From assembly GCF_006345805.1 (NCBI RefSeq), contig NC_042997.1, forward strand, positions 199,950,001 to 200,014,000: DNA of 64,000 nt, read 5' to 3'. Every line of letters starts with the position of its first letter. Within the stretch, counting starts at the first letter, position 1. Positions 25,941 through 39,745 of this stretch are shown one piece after another. The DNA comes from Octopus sinensis (Eukaryota). The notes under the pieces are model-generated. The model was not told where the DNA came from and did no database searches. It was given only the letters and a program-made list of their open reading frames with translations. Position numbers and translations under genes: made by a program.

Positions 25941-26974
25941 ACAACATAAAAAAAAAATCTCAATACAAAACTTACCAAAATATTTTATTACTAAAAATGG
26001 TAACTGTTTACCAATATTTTCTCAAAATTCAAGCATTCTCAAAATAATATAAAAACTAGATTTTACTTTATTTTGAAACAAAACTTAAAATCACTTATCT
26101 AATAGAATTTTGGTTACTTAAATCTCACTTTATCAGCTGGTTATGTGAAATTCTACTTCATTTGATGAACGTCAGTATTCTAAATATATATCCTGATATT
26201 TCAAAGATACAATTTTCTGATCATGTTGTCAAGTCCTGCCTCATCAATTACAAAAGAAAATTTTAAACTAATCCAATTTGAAACATATCAGAGAAAACAT
26301 AATATTACCATTGATGTTACTCTCATCATTTCTTAATACTGACAGCTATAGAGTTATGTATTAAAATCAAGATATAGTTAATTAAAAGTTCTTTTAAAGT
26401 AACTTCTAAAGTTAGGTGTTATTATGGAAGTAGTATTATGGTTAGCAACTTTGCAAATCAATTTTGAAATAGATAACAGTTTGTGAAGCTACAACCACTT
26501 ACAAGATTATGTTTATAGGGATAACATATCAAATTAGAAATTCAACACAATTTTAGCTTCATGAAATTTTAGCTTTTAATGGAAGATGGATCTTGACAGA
26601 GCAAATTATTCAACTTCTTCTTTGCCTAAATAAACAGACTTATATAACAGAGCTATCAAAGTAAATACCAAACAATCAAACCATACAAAATATGTCAACA
26701 TCTTGCTGAATGGTAATGCTAATACTCCTATTATATATGAGGAACATTTTTGGCACATGATATACCTAAATTTCAACTTCAACAAAAACAACCTAGTTTA
26801 CTTTAATAAAAAGAAAAAAAAATAGTAGTGAGGTTACTCTGATTCTTTCTCTGTATTTCTTAGGGGATAAGACATGCCAATGACTCTTTCCATGGCTTCC
26901 AAGACTGAGAGGAAGGAAGAAGGTATTTTCAAATCAGCTAAAGTCAACCAAGGGCCAAGACAAGTGATGGATTT

Positions 26975-28495
26975 ATCATCGTCCTTTAATGTCCGTTTTC
27001 CATGCTGTCTTAGTTTGACCAGAGCTGACACGTTGAAGAGCTGCACTGGATTCCAGTCTAATTTGGCTTGGTTTTTATGGCTGGATGCCCTTCCTAATGC
27101 CAATCAGCTTACAGTGTGTACTGGGTGCTTTTGTACATGGCATCAGTGTGTGTGCTTTATTTACATGGCATTTGCATGGCTTTTTTACATGACCCAGCAT
27201 GATTGTTTTTCACATGGCACTGGTACAGGTGCTTTCTATGTGGCACCAGCATGGATGCTTCCTATGTGATTCTGGCACATGTAATTTTACACAGGACTAG
27301 TAAGGGTATTTTTACGTGGCACTCGCATGAGCTCTTGCAGGTAAAACCCCCTTCAGCTGGGAGGAGAGCATTAACAACTCTACTGTGGTGGACAGGTCTT
27401 CTTGGATACAGCAAGGCACCAGATATTTTGGTCTTTGTCTTTCTCTCCATAAGGCTCAGTATCCTGAGATCAGCCTTCAGTACTTCATCCCATGTCTTCC
27501 AGGGTCTCCTTCTTCCATGAGTTCTATCCATTTAGGTGATCAGCACTTCTTTATGCAGCTGTCTCTTTCTCTTCTCTCTTTTACTTGTTTCAGTCATTTG
27601 ACTGTGGCCATGCTGGAGCACCACCTTTTAGTCGAGCAAATCGACCCCGGGACTTATTCTTTTGCAAGCCCAGTACTTATTCTATCGGTCTATATCCATC
27701 AGCATCACATGACCAAACCATTGCAATCTTCTGTCTTATACACTGTATCTAATTCCTCTTCTGCCTAACTTCTCCCTCCATGCATTAGCACTCTGTAGCA
27801 CATGTGCACTTACATTGTACATCTGGTGGATGTGTACTAGTCTCATTCCCCTCTAGCCTTTGCATGTCTTCTGCATTCAAGGTCCACATCTCACTACCAT
27901 GTAGAATTGCTTTTCATATATATGCATCATACAATCTTCCTTTTGCTCAGAGAGAGAGAGACCATTGGCTGCTAACATAGGTGAATTTTCTCCATCCTAT
28001 TCTCATTCTAGTGATAAACTTTTTGCATATCGTACCCCACTACTAATTAGGCCCCCTAAATAGCAGAAATTATCCACTATCTCTAAAGAGCCTACAGGGT
28101 GTGTGAGAGAATCAATTTGCTGAGAATCTGTAGTTTGTATGGAACCTGTGCATCTTCCACATACGAACACTTTCTCTGATAACCTTCCTATCATTCCATT
28201 GAACCCCTTCTGTATCCATAGCTTGCACTGGGCACACTGTATGGAAATCCTGCCTACACCTTTCCTACATATCATTTGTCTGAAGTGGGTAAGGTCCTGT
28301 CTGTTTCTTGCTTACTAAAACCTTAGTCTTTGCTAAGTTAACATTAAAGACCTTAGATTCCAGGTTTTGCTTCAACACCTGGAATTTTTCATCTAGCTCT
28401 GATATGAAATCTGCTATGAGGGCAAGATCATCAGCATATAGTAGCTCTCAGAGGTTGATGGTCTTGAATTCCTTTGTTATGGCCTGGCAGATAAT
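26975..28495 (-). mobile_element. RTE/RTE-X LINE 3' remnant running into an internal repeat array and the shared tail
   Basis: LLYADDLALIA, NLAKTKVL, Cys-rich CRKGVG..CAQCKLW..CGRC, FCYLG and GRRRPWKTWDEVLKADL. A SINE piece is inserted at ~27570-27692, and ~20-bp units occupy 27120-27330. Confidence 0.85.
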
Positions 28496-28519
28496 GATGA
28501 AAAGGATGAAAACTAAGAA

Positions 28520-29370
28520 GAGTAGGAAAAGGAGAGAGCATGATGTTTCCAGATAGAATGAAGGAATGAAGGAAAGAAGGTAAAGTTGAGAGGAATAGAC
28601 TTATTATTGTGAGAGTGTTGCAGTGGAACGTTGGGAGTTATTTAGAAAAGGGGATACAGAATAGAAAGGTGATGGGGTGAATTGTGTAGCAGGGTTAGAG
28701 TTATCCTGTATTATAAGGGCGAGAATGGACAAAAGGTTTCAGGAAAATAGTGACAAGGAGAAACAGATGAAGATAACAAGGAATCCAGAGTGTCATCAAA
28801 AAGGGCATAGTGTTGAGGAAACAAAACTGTAGAGAGAGGACAATGATAAAAAAGATGAGGTGGAGAGCAGTGGGCAAATGCAATGAGCAATAGGGGAAAG
28901 AGAGAGCAATAAAGGTACCAGAGAGGTGGGGATAGAGCAGAGTGTGAATGCAGAGAAAGTATCCATGATGGAGAGACTGTGGAATGAAGATGGAGAAAAT
29001 GGTAAGAGTAGGGGATGAATGTTTCAATAGTAGCATGAAAAAGAAAGACTATGGGGTACCCTAGAAGGTCAATAGTCAGTTGTGGGATAAAGGAAAGAGT
29101 ATGTTGGGTAGCAATAGAGGTGACCTGTAAGAGAGTGTGCTGGTTGATAGTACAGCAGAAGTATAAGAGGGTGAAACTGGAGTGTAGCAGGTGAGTTGAG
29201 ATTGGTCTAATGCAGCTTCATAGATGTGGCCCTAAGGATCCAGACTATTGTCAAGTGTATGAAGATGCAGTCTGTCTGGGTAGATGAGAGATGGGGAGGT
29301 ATTATGAATAAGGAAGAGATGGAAGGCATGAAGCAAAGGAAGGATGCAAGGTGAAGGTTGGCAGAGCATG
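28520..29370. repeat. Purine-rich (+ strand) low-complexity tract
   Basis: Strong GA bias, resembling 2830-3860 and 9140-9720. Confidence 0.7.
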
Positions 29371-29594
29371 CACACACAACCAAAACACTACTCTTTTGTC
29401 AAAGTACATTTTACCATTGATGGTGGTGCATTCAGTAGTACAGTAAATCACCAATCAGCATGGTCCTTTGTCATCTCATGACAAAGCATCATATCTTGCT
29501 AGGTTGGAAAATATGCTATATATAGTTTTAAATCTTGTTCAAACTTTTATGTATTGTTTATATGGTATCTTAAACTAACAGTATTTAAAGATAG

Positions 29595-29925
29595 TGCCAG
29601 TGGCATGTAAAAAGCACCTCCCGAGCACTGAGCCTCATAGAGGCCGATGATAAATGACCAAGTCCTTTTACAAAATGCTACACTTGAGAAGAGCCATCAA
29701 GCCAAGTGAAATAGTTGTGGCAGATATTGGTGTCGTGCAAACTGACATTCATGCTGGTGGCACTTAAAAGCACCCATTACACACTTGGTATGGTTGGCAT
29801 TAGGAAGGGTATCCAGCTGTAGAAACCATGCCAAATCAGACAAGCCTGGTGCAGTCCCTCAGCTGACCAACCATGATCAAACCATCCAACCCATGCCAGA
29901 TGGACAATGGATGCTAAACGATGAT
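29595..29925 (+). repeat. GAT-tailed SINE-like repeat
   Basis: TGGCATGTAAAAAGCACC, CCATCAAGCCAAGTGAAAT module (also at ~36235), core and tail. Confidence 0.75.
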
Positions 29926-29999
29926 AAGTGCCCAGCAAAAGTAAAATTACTTAGTAGAGTTTGATTTTGAGGGTGATTAGGCTCTCTGTGTCAGGTCTA

Positions 30000-30854
30000 C
30001 ATGGTGTTCCGATAAATTGGATGACCTTTTATGTTCACTTTTCTCGAGGACAGCTTGATGTATCGGTGAAGAGTGTTGGAGAGCATAAGAATTGAAGTTG
30101 TAGCTGAGAAAAAGTTAGCTGACATAGAAGACTGGAAGTCATCTGAAAGTGTTACCTGTATCATGATATTTTATGATGGGTGTTAAAATGCTGACAATAT
30201 GACTGCTGTTCAATGCTTTGTGAACACTATAAAGACTGTAAGCCATGACATGGTGAGCTGCAGTGGAGACAATGAGGCTGTGACCAGCAGGAAGGGACAC
30301 AGTAGGCATTCTGGCAGTGTCCAGATACCAGAATTCATCCAACAGCTGATGAATAGGGGCCTTAGGCTCAGTTCAGGTTATGTGAAACTGCTGGAGAGGA
30401 TTGCTGCTGGAAGGCCATATGTGTGGCAGCAGGATTTGGATCCTTACCATACCTCCTGGAAGCATCTGAGGTAGCTGTTATAAAACTCACCAACCCTAAT
30501 TTCCAGCCTCCTAATTACCCCAATTGTAATGTCATAGATTATTATGCATGGGGTGTTGCTGAAAACGAAACCTAGCACCACCTGCAACACCAAGGTTGGA
30601 CTGATGGCCAAGATCAAGGAACTGTTTGATGATCTTCCCAGGGATTCAGCAAGGAATGCATGTGCCAGGTTTCAGAGTTGTCTTGAGGCCATGATGGAAA
30701 CTGGGGATGGCTACTTTGAGTATACTGTTATCTCCCAGCCATAATCTACAGTAGTTGATGTTTTATTACTTTTTAAAATACTTTTATTTCTGGATGGAAT
30801 ATTGTTATTTTTTTTTCCTTTAGGCAAACTGTGAAATTTAGCTTGAACACCAAG
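30000..30854 (+). mobile_element. Internally deleted DD37D/maT-like transposon
   Basis: Degenerate TIRs CATGGTGTTCCGATAAATT / AATTTAGCTTGAACACCAAG. GRPYVWQQDLDPYHTS, PPNYPNCNVIDYYAWG and RNACARFQSCLEAMMETGDGYFE. Confidence 0.85.
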
Positions 30855-32354
30855 CAGCTACTACACAGAAGTATCCCTCATTGTTTTATACATACACAAA
30901 TACACTTGAATGAGTGTTGAGGGTGATTTGGCTGCTATTGCCAACAGAATAGGTACCTTGCGTTTCACAGCAATCTATATACAATAGTATTGCTTAGCTA
31001 TTTGCATATTCGTGTATTATCTGTTGGCTTTGTTTCTGCCATTTTCTATTCCGTGCAAATCCAGAGCTTTCTTACAAATAATGTCATGCATTTTTCCAGA
31101 ATGAGCATAAGCAAAAATGCGTTGTTTTCCAAGTTTCGTACGCACAACATAAAATTCTTAATGCAAAAAGAAACAATGTTCTTCCAGTTGTTGAGCAGCA
31201 ACAGATAAAATTTGACCCTGTGATTTATTTATGGACATAAAAAGCTAAGTTATCATAGCAGCTCCTTCCATGAGAACAACCAGTCTGAACATGATACAAG
31301 GCATTTAATCTATAAACCACCAGTCCAGTGCCATTACATTACTTAAGCTGGTAAAGATTTCATAGTTATATGATGATGGCTCTTACTTGTAACAGATTTT
31401 GGTGTTGATGGAAGCTCAAAAGATTCCAAAAAATTTAGGAATTTAGTACGTTAGTTGACAGTTATGCAAGGTCTTCTGATCAATAATTTAATGTTTACAC
31501 TGTTGACAGTGATTAGTATTTTGTGCAAGTATAGTCATTTTAGTGTTGTTAGTTTTGAAAATTTGAGAATATATTTTTGATACTAGTTCATCAACTGACA
31601 GAACTGACATACTAATTAGAGATGAACCTAAACAAGTATTTTTTTTAGTTGTTTTCTACTTAGATTTGTAAAAGTAGAATACTTTATTTTTTTCAGATAG
31701 TTTTGGCTTTAAACATTCAACAGGTGACATATAATTCTCTCTCTCTTTCTGTGCATCTGTGTGAGAGAGGGAAAGAGACAAGCTGATGATGGGAGTGAGA
31801 AAGATTTCTCTTCATGCTTCTCCTACTCTTTTCAAACTGTGTCTCTTTTTTCATAACATAAATGACCAAATTCAATTTCATAAGTATCTTATTTAAAGCT
31901 AAGTAAAACTTAACTCAAGCCTAAATAAACTACTAATTACATTTCAAAGCTTTAACTAAGATACCCACAAAACTCAATAATCTATGTTTCTTTAATATTG
32001 GTTTCAAATTTTGGCACAAGCCAGCAATTTTGGGGAAGTGGGGCAAGTCAACCAGTACTTATTTTATCAACCCCAAAATGATGAAAGGTAAAACTGATGT
32101 CAGTGGAATTTGAACGCAACAAAAAGCTAGATGAAATATCACTGATGTTCATTTAATATTATAAACATGATATATTCTACCACGTTGTTTATTTGGTATC
32201 AAAGTCTCAGTCGAGAGGGCATCTTAATGCAAAATAGTAGAATGAATTGATAACAATAGACAGATTATATGTGAAAGTATATTCCAGAATTAAGACATAA
32301 AAAAGGCAAAAGTATATCCAGAACTATATCCAGAGCTGACTTCCATATTAGCTA

Positions 32355-32561
32355 TATTTCTACTCTAGGCACAAAGCCTGAAATTTTGGGGGAGGGGGCC
32401 AGTCGATTAGATCAACCCCTGCATGTAACTGGTACTTAATTTTATCGACCCCAAAAGGATGAAAGGCAAAGTCGATCTCAGCAGAATATGAATTCAGAAT
32501 GTGAAGACAGACAAAATACGGCTAAGCATTTCACCTAAGTGTGCTAGTGTTTTCTGCCAGC
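32355..32561 (-). mobile_element. tRNA-derived SINE, same family as 47548
   Basis: Reverse complement of GACTTTGCCTTTCATCCTTT.GGGGTCGATAAA..AAGTACCAG. Partial or degenerate copies at about 31995-32140, 37640-37820, 52630-52830, 53730-53870 and 59290-59430. Confidence 0.8.
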
Positions 32562-34805
32562 AAAAATATAGCAAGTCATCAATTTTTTTTTTTTTTCGTT
32601 GTACCACATAGCTGAAAATACTTTTGAGTCCCAATGATTAAAAAAAAAAAAGAAAAAGAAAATACTAACTATAGTTTTATGTGCAAATTTGTTACAAGAC
32701 AAAATCATCCATCATTTTTTTTTCGTTCCAGGAATGACCTTAGTGGCTGTTTTTGTGCTTTTAAGTGGACAAAATAAATTTTGTCTATGATATTTGTGGT
32801 ACCTTAAATTTTAATGTCTCAGTCAATCACAGTTTCCCTAATGTATAGTGCTGATGCATATCAAAGTATGTAGGCATCAGTTAAAAAACTAAAGTTAGTA
32901 CTCTTCAAATGAAATATTTTGACATATTTATTCTGTACAACATTAGAGACATTCCCTTATCAATCTCACTACCAGAAAGAATGTGAACCAGAGATTGTCC
33001 TATTGTAATACTAGCAACCAACATGATTAGTGTTCACAAAATGCAATACAAAATATCAATAAATATGCTGTTCTATGAGCAGAAAGTCCTCAACTAGAAG
33101 CAACATTAATAATTTACTGCAAAACAGGGATAGTTTATATCAGGCAGTAAACAAAGTAAACAAATATTTTGACTCATTCTCAATGTCTATTTGAAAGAAA
33201 AAGATTTGTTATCTCATCATACATCAATTCAGACATATTTTAGGGTAAATCAGATATAATTATTAAAGTCAACTAAATTGAAATTCTCTGAGTATTTTTT
33301 CATTTCTTTTTTTTTTCCCCCTTATCATATGATGTTCATTAGAAACAGTCAATGATCATACTCTGCTTTGTGTAATTTCACCTTAGCTTTCATATCAGAT
33401 TTATTGAACAACCAAATTGTGGTAAACACAGCTGTATTTGAGAATTCATTAGTGTTTGCTTCTTTCTTCATTTAATTATATATTTTTTTAATTTCCATTT
33501 AGTTGTTTGTTCTTTCACCAGATGTCAATCTCTTATTAGCATTGCTAGCCTTTAATCAGTACTATCTAGACTATTGATAATAGCTGCTCAATAATACCAT
33601 ATATTTAACCTTATATCTAAGACTTCTTTTGAAATAAAAAGTCCCTAACAATATTGGTTGATGCAACCAAAAATAAGTTAAAAAAGATTATGTCAAAAAA
33701 ACTAAGAGCATACCTGTATTTTGATTAAGGACACAAAACTAGAGGTAGAAAAAACAAACAACTGGAACCTCCATGTGACCATTCACCAAGCTGATAAAAT
33801 ATAAAATAGCAACCAAATTTTTAAATTCAGAATCTATCAACAGACCAAGAGTAGATCATTGATCAGATCTCAAATAGTAATGAATGGACTTTAACAAGCC
33901 TAAATGATCGATTGCCCAAAGGATTAACCAAATAATTGATTAGTTAATTAGTTATTTAACCAATTGACAAAAAAATAATAAAATTAAATAGAGCTACTGC
34001 TTATGTTTAGTATTGGCATGACTCTCCTGACATGGAGAAACAAAAAAAAAAAAGGGAAAGGTCACTAAACAATGTAAAATCCAATATATATTGAAAAAAC
34101 AAAGTCGATATAGCAGAAATACATCTGATCATAAGTTTGCTTCATTAAGGCTAACCCAATCAAGCAACAGCTAATTATTTTACATTTACTTTTCATACTA
34201 CATTATTATGAATTACAAATAACATAGCTTTCTATTATATAACAAATGAGTTCTAAAATGACTGCAAGAAATTTTGAGAGTTAATATACTTGAATGCTAG
34301 ACAGAAAATATAGAATGGTTATTACAGTGAAATGGCTACAGCTGAAGTCAAAGTCATTTGATAGATACTAGAAAAATACTCTGGATTTATATCTAAAAGG
34401 AAAATAGAATATATAATTAATGTTTACAAGTGTTAAGAATTTAACAGGAAATTATAATGTTTTATTGGTATTTCATATTTATTTTAGCTACAAAATGTAT
34501 ATATCAATATTATCAATTATTATCTTTCTACTTTCAAGTGTTAAAATATTTATGATATTCTTTATGAAATCAAGAATTAAAATTTTATGAGATATTTTAG
34601 CATCCATGTATACATATACACATACATATGTATATATGTGTATGAGTTGTGCGTGTGTGTATCACCAGCATTTTAGTATCTCCATATATAGGTCGGACAG
34701 AATTCACTGAAGCAAATTTTCTACAGCTGAATACCCTTCCTGTCACTCACCATCACCAGTTTCCAAACAAGTCTATGAAACAATGAAAAACCCAGAGCTA
34801 GTTAA

Positions 34806-35023
34806 CCCTTTCGTTACTGTATTTATTTTGAAATGCTGTGTTTCTTTCAATTATTTTAAATATAACAAAGAATTTAGTAAAATAACTTAGTTATCATTCA
34901 GCTAGTGTTAGGAACGTAAATTGTGACTAAGGCTTGGTGGAATATTCTAATTCAAAACTTATGAAAACAAGACATTTTACCACAGAGCCAGAGCTCGTTT
35001 TGGCCGGGTTAGTAACAAAAGGG
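34806..35023. mobile_element. piggyBac-type MITE (218 bp)
   Basis: TTAA|CCCTTTCGTTAC ... GTAACAAAAGGG|TTAA. Confidence 0.92.
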
Positions 35024-35207
35024 TTAAGGTCCTTTTTTGAGTACAAAGATCATACATGTCAAGAAGGCCGGATGCATTTTCATAATTCACTGTGGAGCAT
35101 ATGACACTACCTGTATTGGCAGAGAAACTGTTGTTTGTTTAAGTCAGCAAACACATACAGGAGAAATATGAAATCACTCAGGATACACATAAATACCAGC
35201 ACACATA

Positions 35208-35774
35208 CACTACCGTCAGAAATTAATTAGCACCCTTGATTTGCTCACCATGAAGCATAGTGGGGGTGGTCTGATGGTGTGAGGGGCGTTCAGCTACAGT
35301 GGTGTTGGGCGGCTCTATGCCGTCGAAGGCAACATCAACGCAGCAAAGTATGTTGATATAGTACGGGATACCTCTTTGGTGGCGAGGAGTACGTGCTGGC
35401 CAGTCACCTGACCTGAACCCTATTGAGAACCTCTGGAGTCGATTGGGTAGGGATTTGAATGTGCAGCAATACAGGAAGCGACACGAGCTGTTTGGGGCAC
35501 TTCTTGCTGCATGAGGGGCCATCCCTGCACAGTACCTGCAGGCACTCATAGACAGCATGCCGACCCGCGTAGCAGCTGTCATTGCTGCCAAAGGAGGAGC
35601 AACAAGATATTGACTAAATTTCACGATTAATAACAATTATGTGGTGTGCTGGGATATGTTTTAATAAATTTTTGATTAAAAACGAGTTCATTTCTGATAA
35701 TAAGTTAATTAAATTAAGAAAATGTAAGAAAATGTAGAAATTTGAGAAGTGCTAATTAATTTCCGACGCAAGTG
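35208..35774 (+). mobile_element. Internally deleted Tc1 (DD34E) transposon
   Basis: TA-flanked 26-bp TIRs CACTACCGTCAGAAATTAATTAGCAC (23/26). TMKHSGGGLMV*GAFS..GNINAAKY, then QSPDLNPIENLW...SMPTRVAAVIAAKGGATRY*. Confidence 0.95.
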
Positions 35775-36229
35775 TACATGCATGCATGCACGTACACACA
35801 CATTTTAATCAGCTGTAAAATACATACGTAACTCAAGGATTGACTGTTTCATGTACTGTACTTATGAAACTTAAAAATCATGAATTCACTCATTAAGTAA
35901 GAGTAAATTACCATTTTTTCCAGAATTCTCAATCAAAATTTGTTACTGGAATATTACAGCTTCGCTTAGAAAACTTCAGTGCATGACAAATCATTCAAAG
36001 TACTTCAGTAATTCTTACATTTCATAAGAAATAACTAATCACTGTTTAGTTTAGAGTTGCCTTCTACAGTGGAAGTTTGGATTACCTTGCTATGAACCCA
36101 AATCTTGCAGAACCTAGCTTGCCAGTTATTTTCCTCCAAAGATTCACAAAGAAAATCCAAGTAGATGTAACAGTATTACCAAGATGTCATGGTTAATGCA
36201 TCAAAGTTTGCTACGACTACAATTTCACA

Positions 36230-36448
36230 AAATCCATCAAGCCAAATGAAATTGTAGTCATGACAGATACTGGTGTCACACAACTGGCACCCATTACACT
36301 CTTGGAGTGATTGGCATTAGGAAGGGCACCAGCCATAGAGATCATGCCAAATCAGACAGGAGTCTGGTGCAGCCCCTCAGCTTACCAGCCCTGGTTAAAA
36401 TGTTCTACTCATGCCAGCATAGACAAATGGATGCTAAATGATGATGAC
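36230..36448 (+). repeat. GAT-tailed SINE-like repeat
   Basis: Core TTGGCATTAGGAAGGGCACCAGCCATAG and tail. Further copies at about 37095-37255 (+), 44450-44825 (-), 46870-47140 (-) and 62285-62465 (-). Confidence 0.75.
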
Positions 36449-38789
36449 ATGTAATATTAAGAGTCCCAAGATCATAGAAGATCTCAGTCCATTTGAAACT
36501 TTAATAAATTCAATCAAATAAGATTCAGTAGCTTATGTCTGTCATAAACACCTTAAGCTCCTTTGACACTGTTGTATTCTTCAACGTGTTTAAATTCAAG
36601 AGTTGTATATTGGAACTTCAATATGATTCTGGTTTTTCTTAATTTTGCATCAAGACGATTGTCAGTTCTGAGCACCTTTCACACCTCTTCTCAACTGGAG
36701 AGATACATAGAAATCTGGGCAACTAACACTGGAGTTGTTTTCCTTCTTCCACAAAACATCTAGTCATCACACCACATACTCACACATCATACATACAAAC
36801 ACAAGTGCATACACAAACGCACATTCATGTGTGTGTTCCACTGAAAGTATTCTTTCCAAAATATTTCTCATTGACATCAAGTACTTTCCTATGTAACAAC
36901 AAGCCCACGGAGAAAGAAAGAGCCATGAATTTTGATGTTCAAAAATAGGGATGTGATCTCAAAGAATGTAACTAATCTAATATACTAAGATTCACTTCAC
37001 AATATTTTGAAAGTTTGAGGCCAGTACAGATGATGTTAAAGCAATGTTCTTTTTGTCTTCCTCTCTCACACACAGCTGTTCCACATATCTATACAGCCAG
37101 TGGCACAAGAAAAGCATCCAGTACAAACAATAAATTGGTTGGCATTAAGAAAGGAATCCAGCCATAGAAACTATACCAAAATTGACACTGGAGTATGACG
37201 CAGCCCTCTGGCTCACTGGACCCTGTCAGACTGTCCAACCCATGCCAGCATAAAAAATTGACAATTTTGAACTGTTTAAAATTTTGTATATCACATGTAT
37301 TGCTCCTGGATTTATCCAATCCATCAGCACTGGAAAACAGACTGAAAAAATTGAATAGGAATATAAGTTTTTTGTTTTATATAATCTTTTATCAAAATCA
37401 CTACCAAAAAATTTCATTTTGTCAACAAACAAAAAATAATCCGTAAGTTTATTTCCTTCAAACTTTGGCAAATGGACTTCTTCTGAAAACAATGAATAGA
37501 GAGACTACATGATGCAAAATGCTGAAATATAAGAAAATTGTGTGAACATTTTATTTTCAGAGCTTAGTTCCAGAAAGTATAAATAAAAATGTTACTGAAT
37601 ATTTTTTTAACAAAATCTAAACTAAATAATTTTAGTTTAGAGCAGTGGTTTTGGCAGAATTGGTAGTGTGCAAAAAAATTGTGATATTTAGTTACACTTC
37701 TTTACATTTTGATGTTGTATCCTACCTGTGTCAACTATGCCTTTCATCCTTCAGGACTCAGTAACATAAGTACCAGCAAAGTACTAAGATCAATATAATC
37801 GATATAACATAAATACCAGAGAAGTATATAATCAACTATACCCTTCTCAGAAACCTGAGCTCTTGTTCATATGTAAGAAATCAATATTTAAGAAATGTGC
37901 AAATTGTTTTTGTCTTTTCATTCCACTGTAACAAAAATATTCATGTTTTATTACATAAATCAATTCATAATTATTTTTCCATGCTCTGGGGAATGGGATC
38001 GATTTTGAAAATGTGACTTTTGCTACATTGATTTTATGATTGAATATCAACCTAAAACTAAAACTTAATAGTGAAATAAGAGTGGAATCTGTTATCATCT
38101 AGGCAGACTGAGGCAAATAGAACTAACCATATAGTCAAAAACATCTTATCTTGTATCAGTCATTAAACTGCAACCGTCCTGAATGAATTGACATTTTTTT
38201 TTAAAAGCCAGGTACTTATTCTATCAGTCTCCTTTGCCAGACCACTAAGTTACGGGAACATAAACACACCAAGTGGTGGTGGAGCAAAAACAAAGACACA
38301 CATACACACATGTCTGACAGGCTTCTTTCAGTTTATGTCTACCGAATTCACTATAACCTGAGATTATAGTAGAAGACACTTGCCCAAGGCGCTACATAGT
38401 GGGACTGAATTCAGAACCATGTGCTTGGGAAGCAAGCTTCTTAATGATGTGTTTTGTTTTCAATAAAATTATGTTTATTTCTAATAATTACAGTTTAAGT
38501 ATAAGAATTCATTCACTTCAGTTACACATTTTTTATGTACAAATTTGCTTTCATAACAGCTCATTAAATGTACAAAATATTTTATTTTTTTATATAAACA
38601 AAATCTGGAACCAAAGGGCCTTAAAGTTAACCTAGCTAAAACCAAAGGTGTTGTTAGTAAGAAAGAAGACAAAATTCTCTTTCTGTCATGTAAACGGCCC
38701 TGCTTAATATCTTTTACTGGTTTCACCTCAGGGCTGAGGTCATGCCAGTGCACCACCTGTAATACGTAGGAAAGGAGTTGGAAGTAATC

Positions 38790-39745
38790 CTATTCACTGC
38801 ACCCAGTGTAAACTATGGACACATAAGAGGTGCAGTGCAATCACAGGTAGATTAACAGATAAGATCATCTTTGTATGTGGCAGATGTGCAGGAACAATAA
38901 GCACTAAGAGTACATGGGACTTAGATTCTCTCAAATTCCCAGGAGGCCCTCTTCAGGTTGTAGATAGTTTCTGTTACGTCACATTTCCTCCTTCATACAC
39001 TATGCCTATCTCTCACTCCCAAATCCTGTTCTCATGACCCTATTCTTCTGTATCATTGTTATCCGGTAGCCCCACGACTATATATACCCAGTATTTTGCC
39101 ACTCACTCCCCCTCCTCTGCACTCTTTAATAACACTTCCTTTGCAATATCCTGCCACTTATACGTATTATGGCTTTCAAGGGTATGCACTTGCCACCATC
39201 TATATCTCTCTCTTCCTTTACTCAACCATCCCATTTATATTCTGATCCCCTGTCCCTTGTATGCCCACTGTTTCGCCATCTCTATCCAACTGTCTCCCAC
39301 TTTCTCTTTCCTTCTCCTGCACTTTCCTCGGGTTGGGTAAGCATGTATTTTCTTTGCAGTAGTGCACCTGTTTGTCTTTATTTCTGATCTCTCTCTCTCT
39401 CTCTCCGGACAGGTAACCTTGTACTTCCTCTTCAGCTAGACACCCATTTCTGTGTCTCTATAACCTTTCATAATCTGACCCAAGATCACCTCCTGCAATG
39501 CCCCCTCCCCTCTTGAAAGTTGTTCTTTTCGTCTTGCAACTACTTGGTGACCCTGGCAGTGCAGGTGCCACTTAAAAAGTGACCAGTCCACACTATAAAT
39601 TGGTTGGTGTTCGGAAGGGCATCCAGCTGTAAAAATCCTGCCAAAACAGTCACAGAAGTCTGGTGCAGGTTTCTGCCTGGCTGGTTCTTATGAAACTTTC
39701 CCACCCATGCTAGCAGGGAGGGCAGGCATTAAACAATGATGATGG
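38790..39745 (+). mobile_element. RTE-X-like Cys-rich fragment, CT-rich tract and shared tail
   Basis: CTQCKLWTHKRCSAITG..FVCGRCAG..VVDSFCY at 38797-38976, pyrimidine-rich 38980-39530, core and GAT tail to 39745. Confidence 0.75.

Noticed and set aside
26864-26922. Plus-strand 59-nt exon candidate
   Set aside because: Stops in all frames from the acceptor, a weak donor, and no supporting neighbouring exons.
35223-35636. 137-aa minus-strand ORF
   Set aside because: Antisense shadow of the plus-strand Tc1 transposase.
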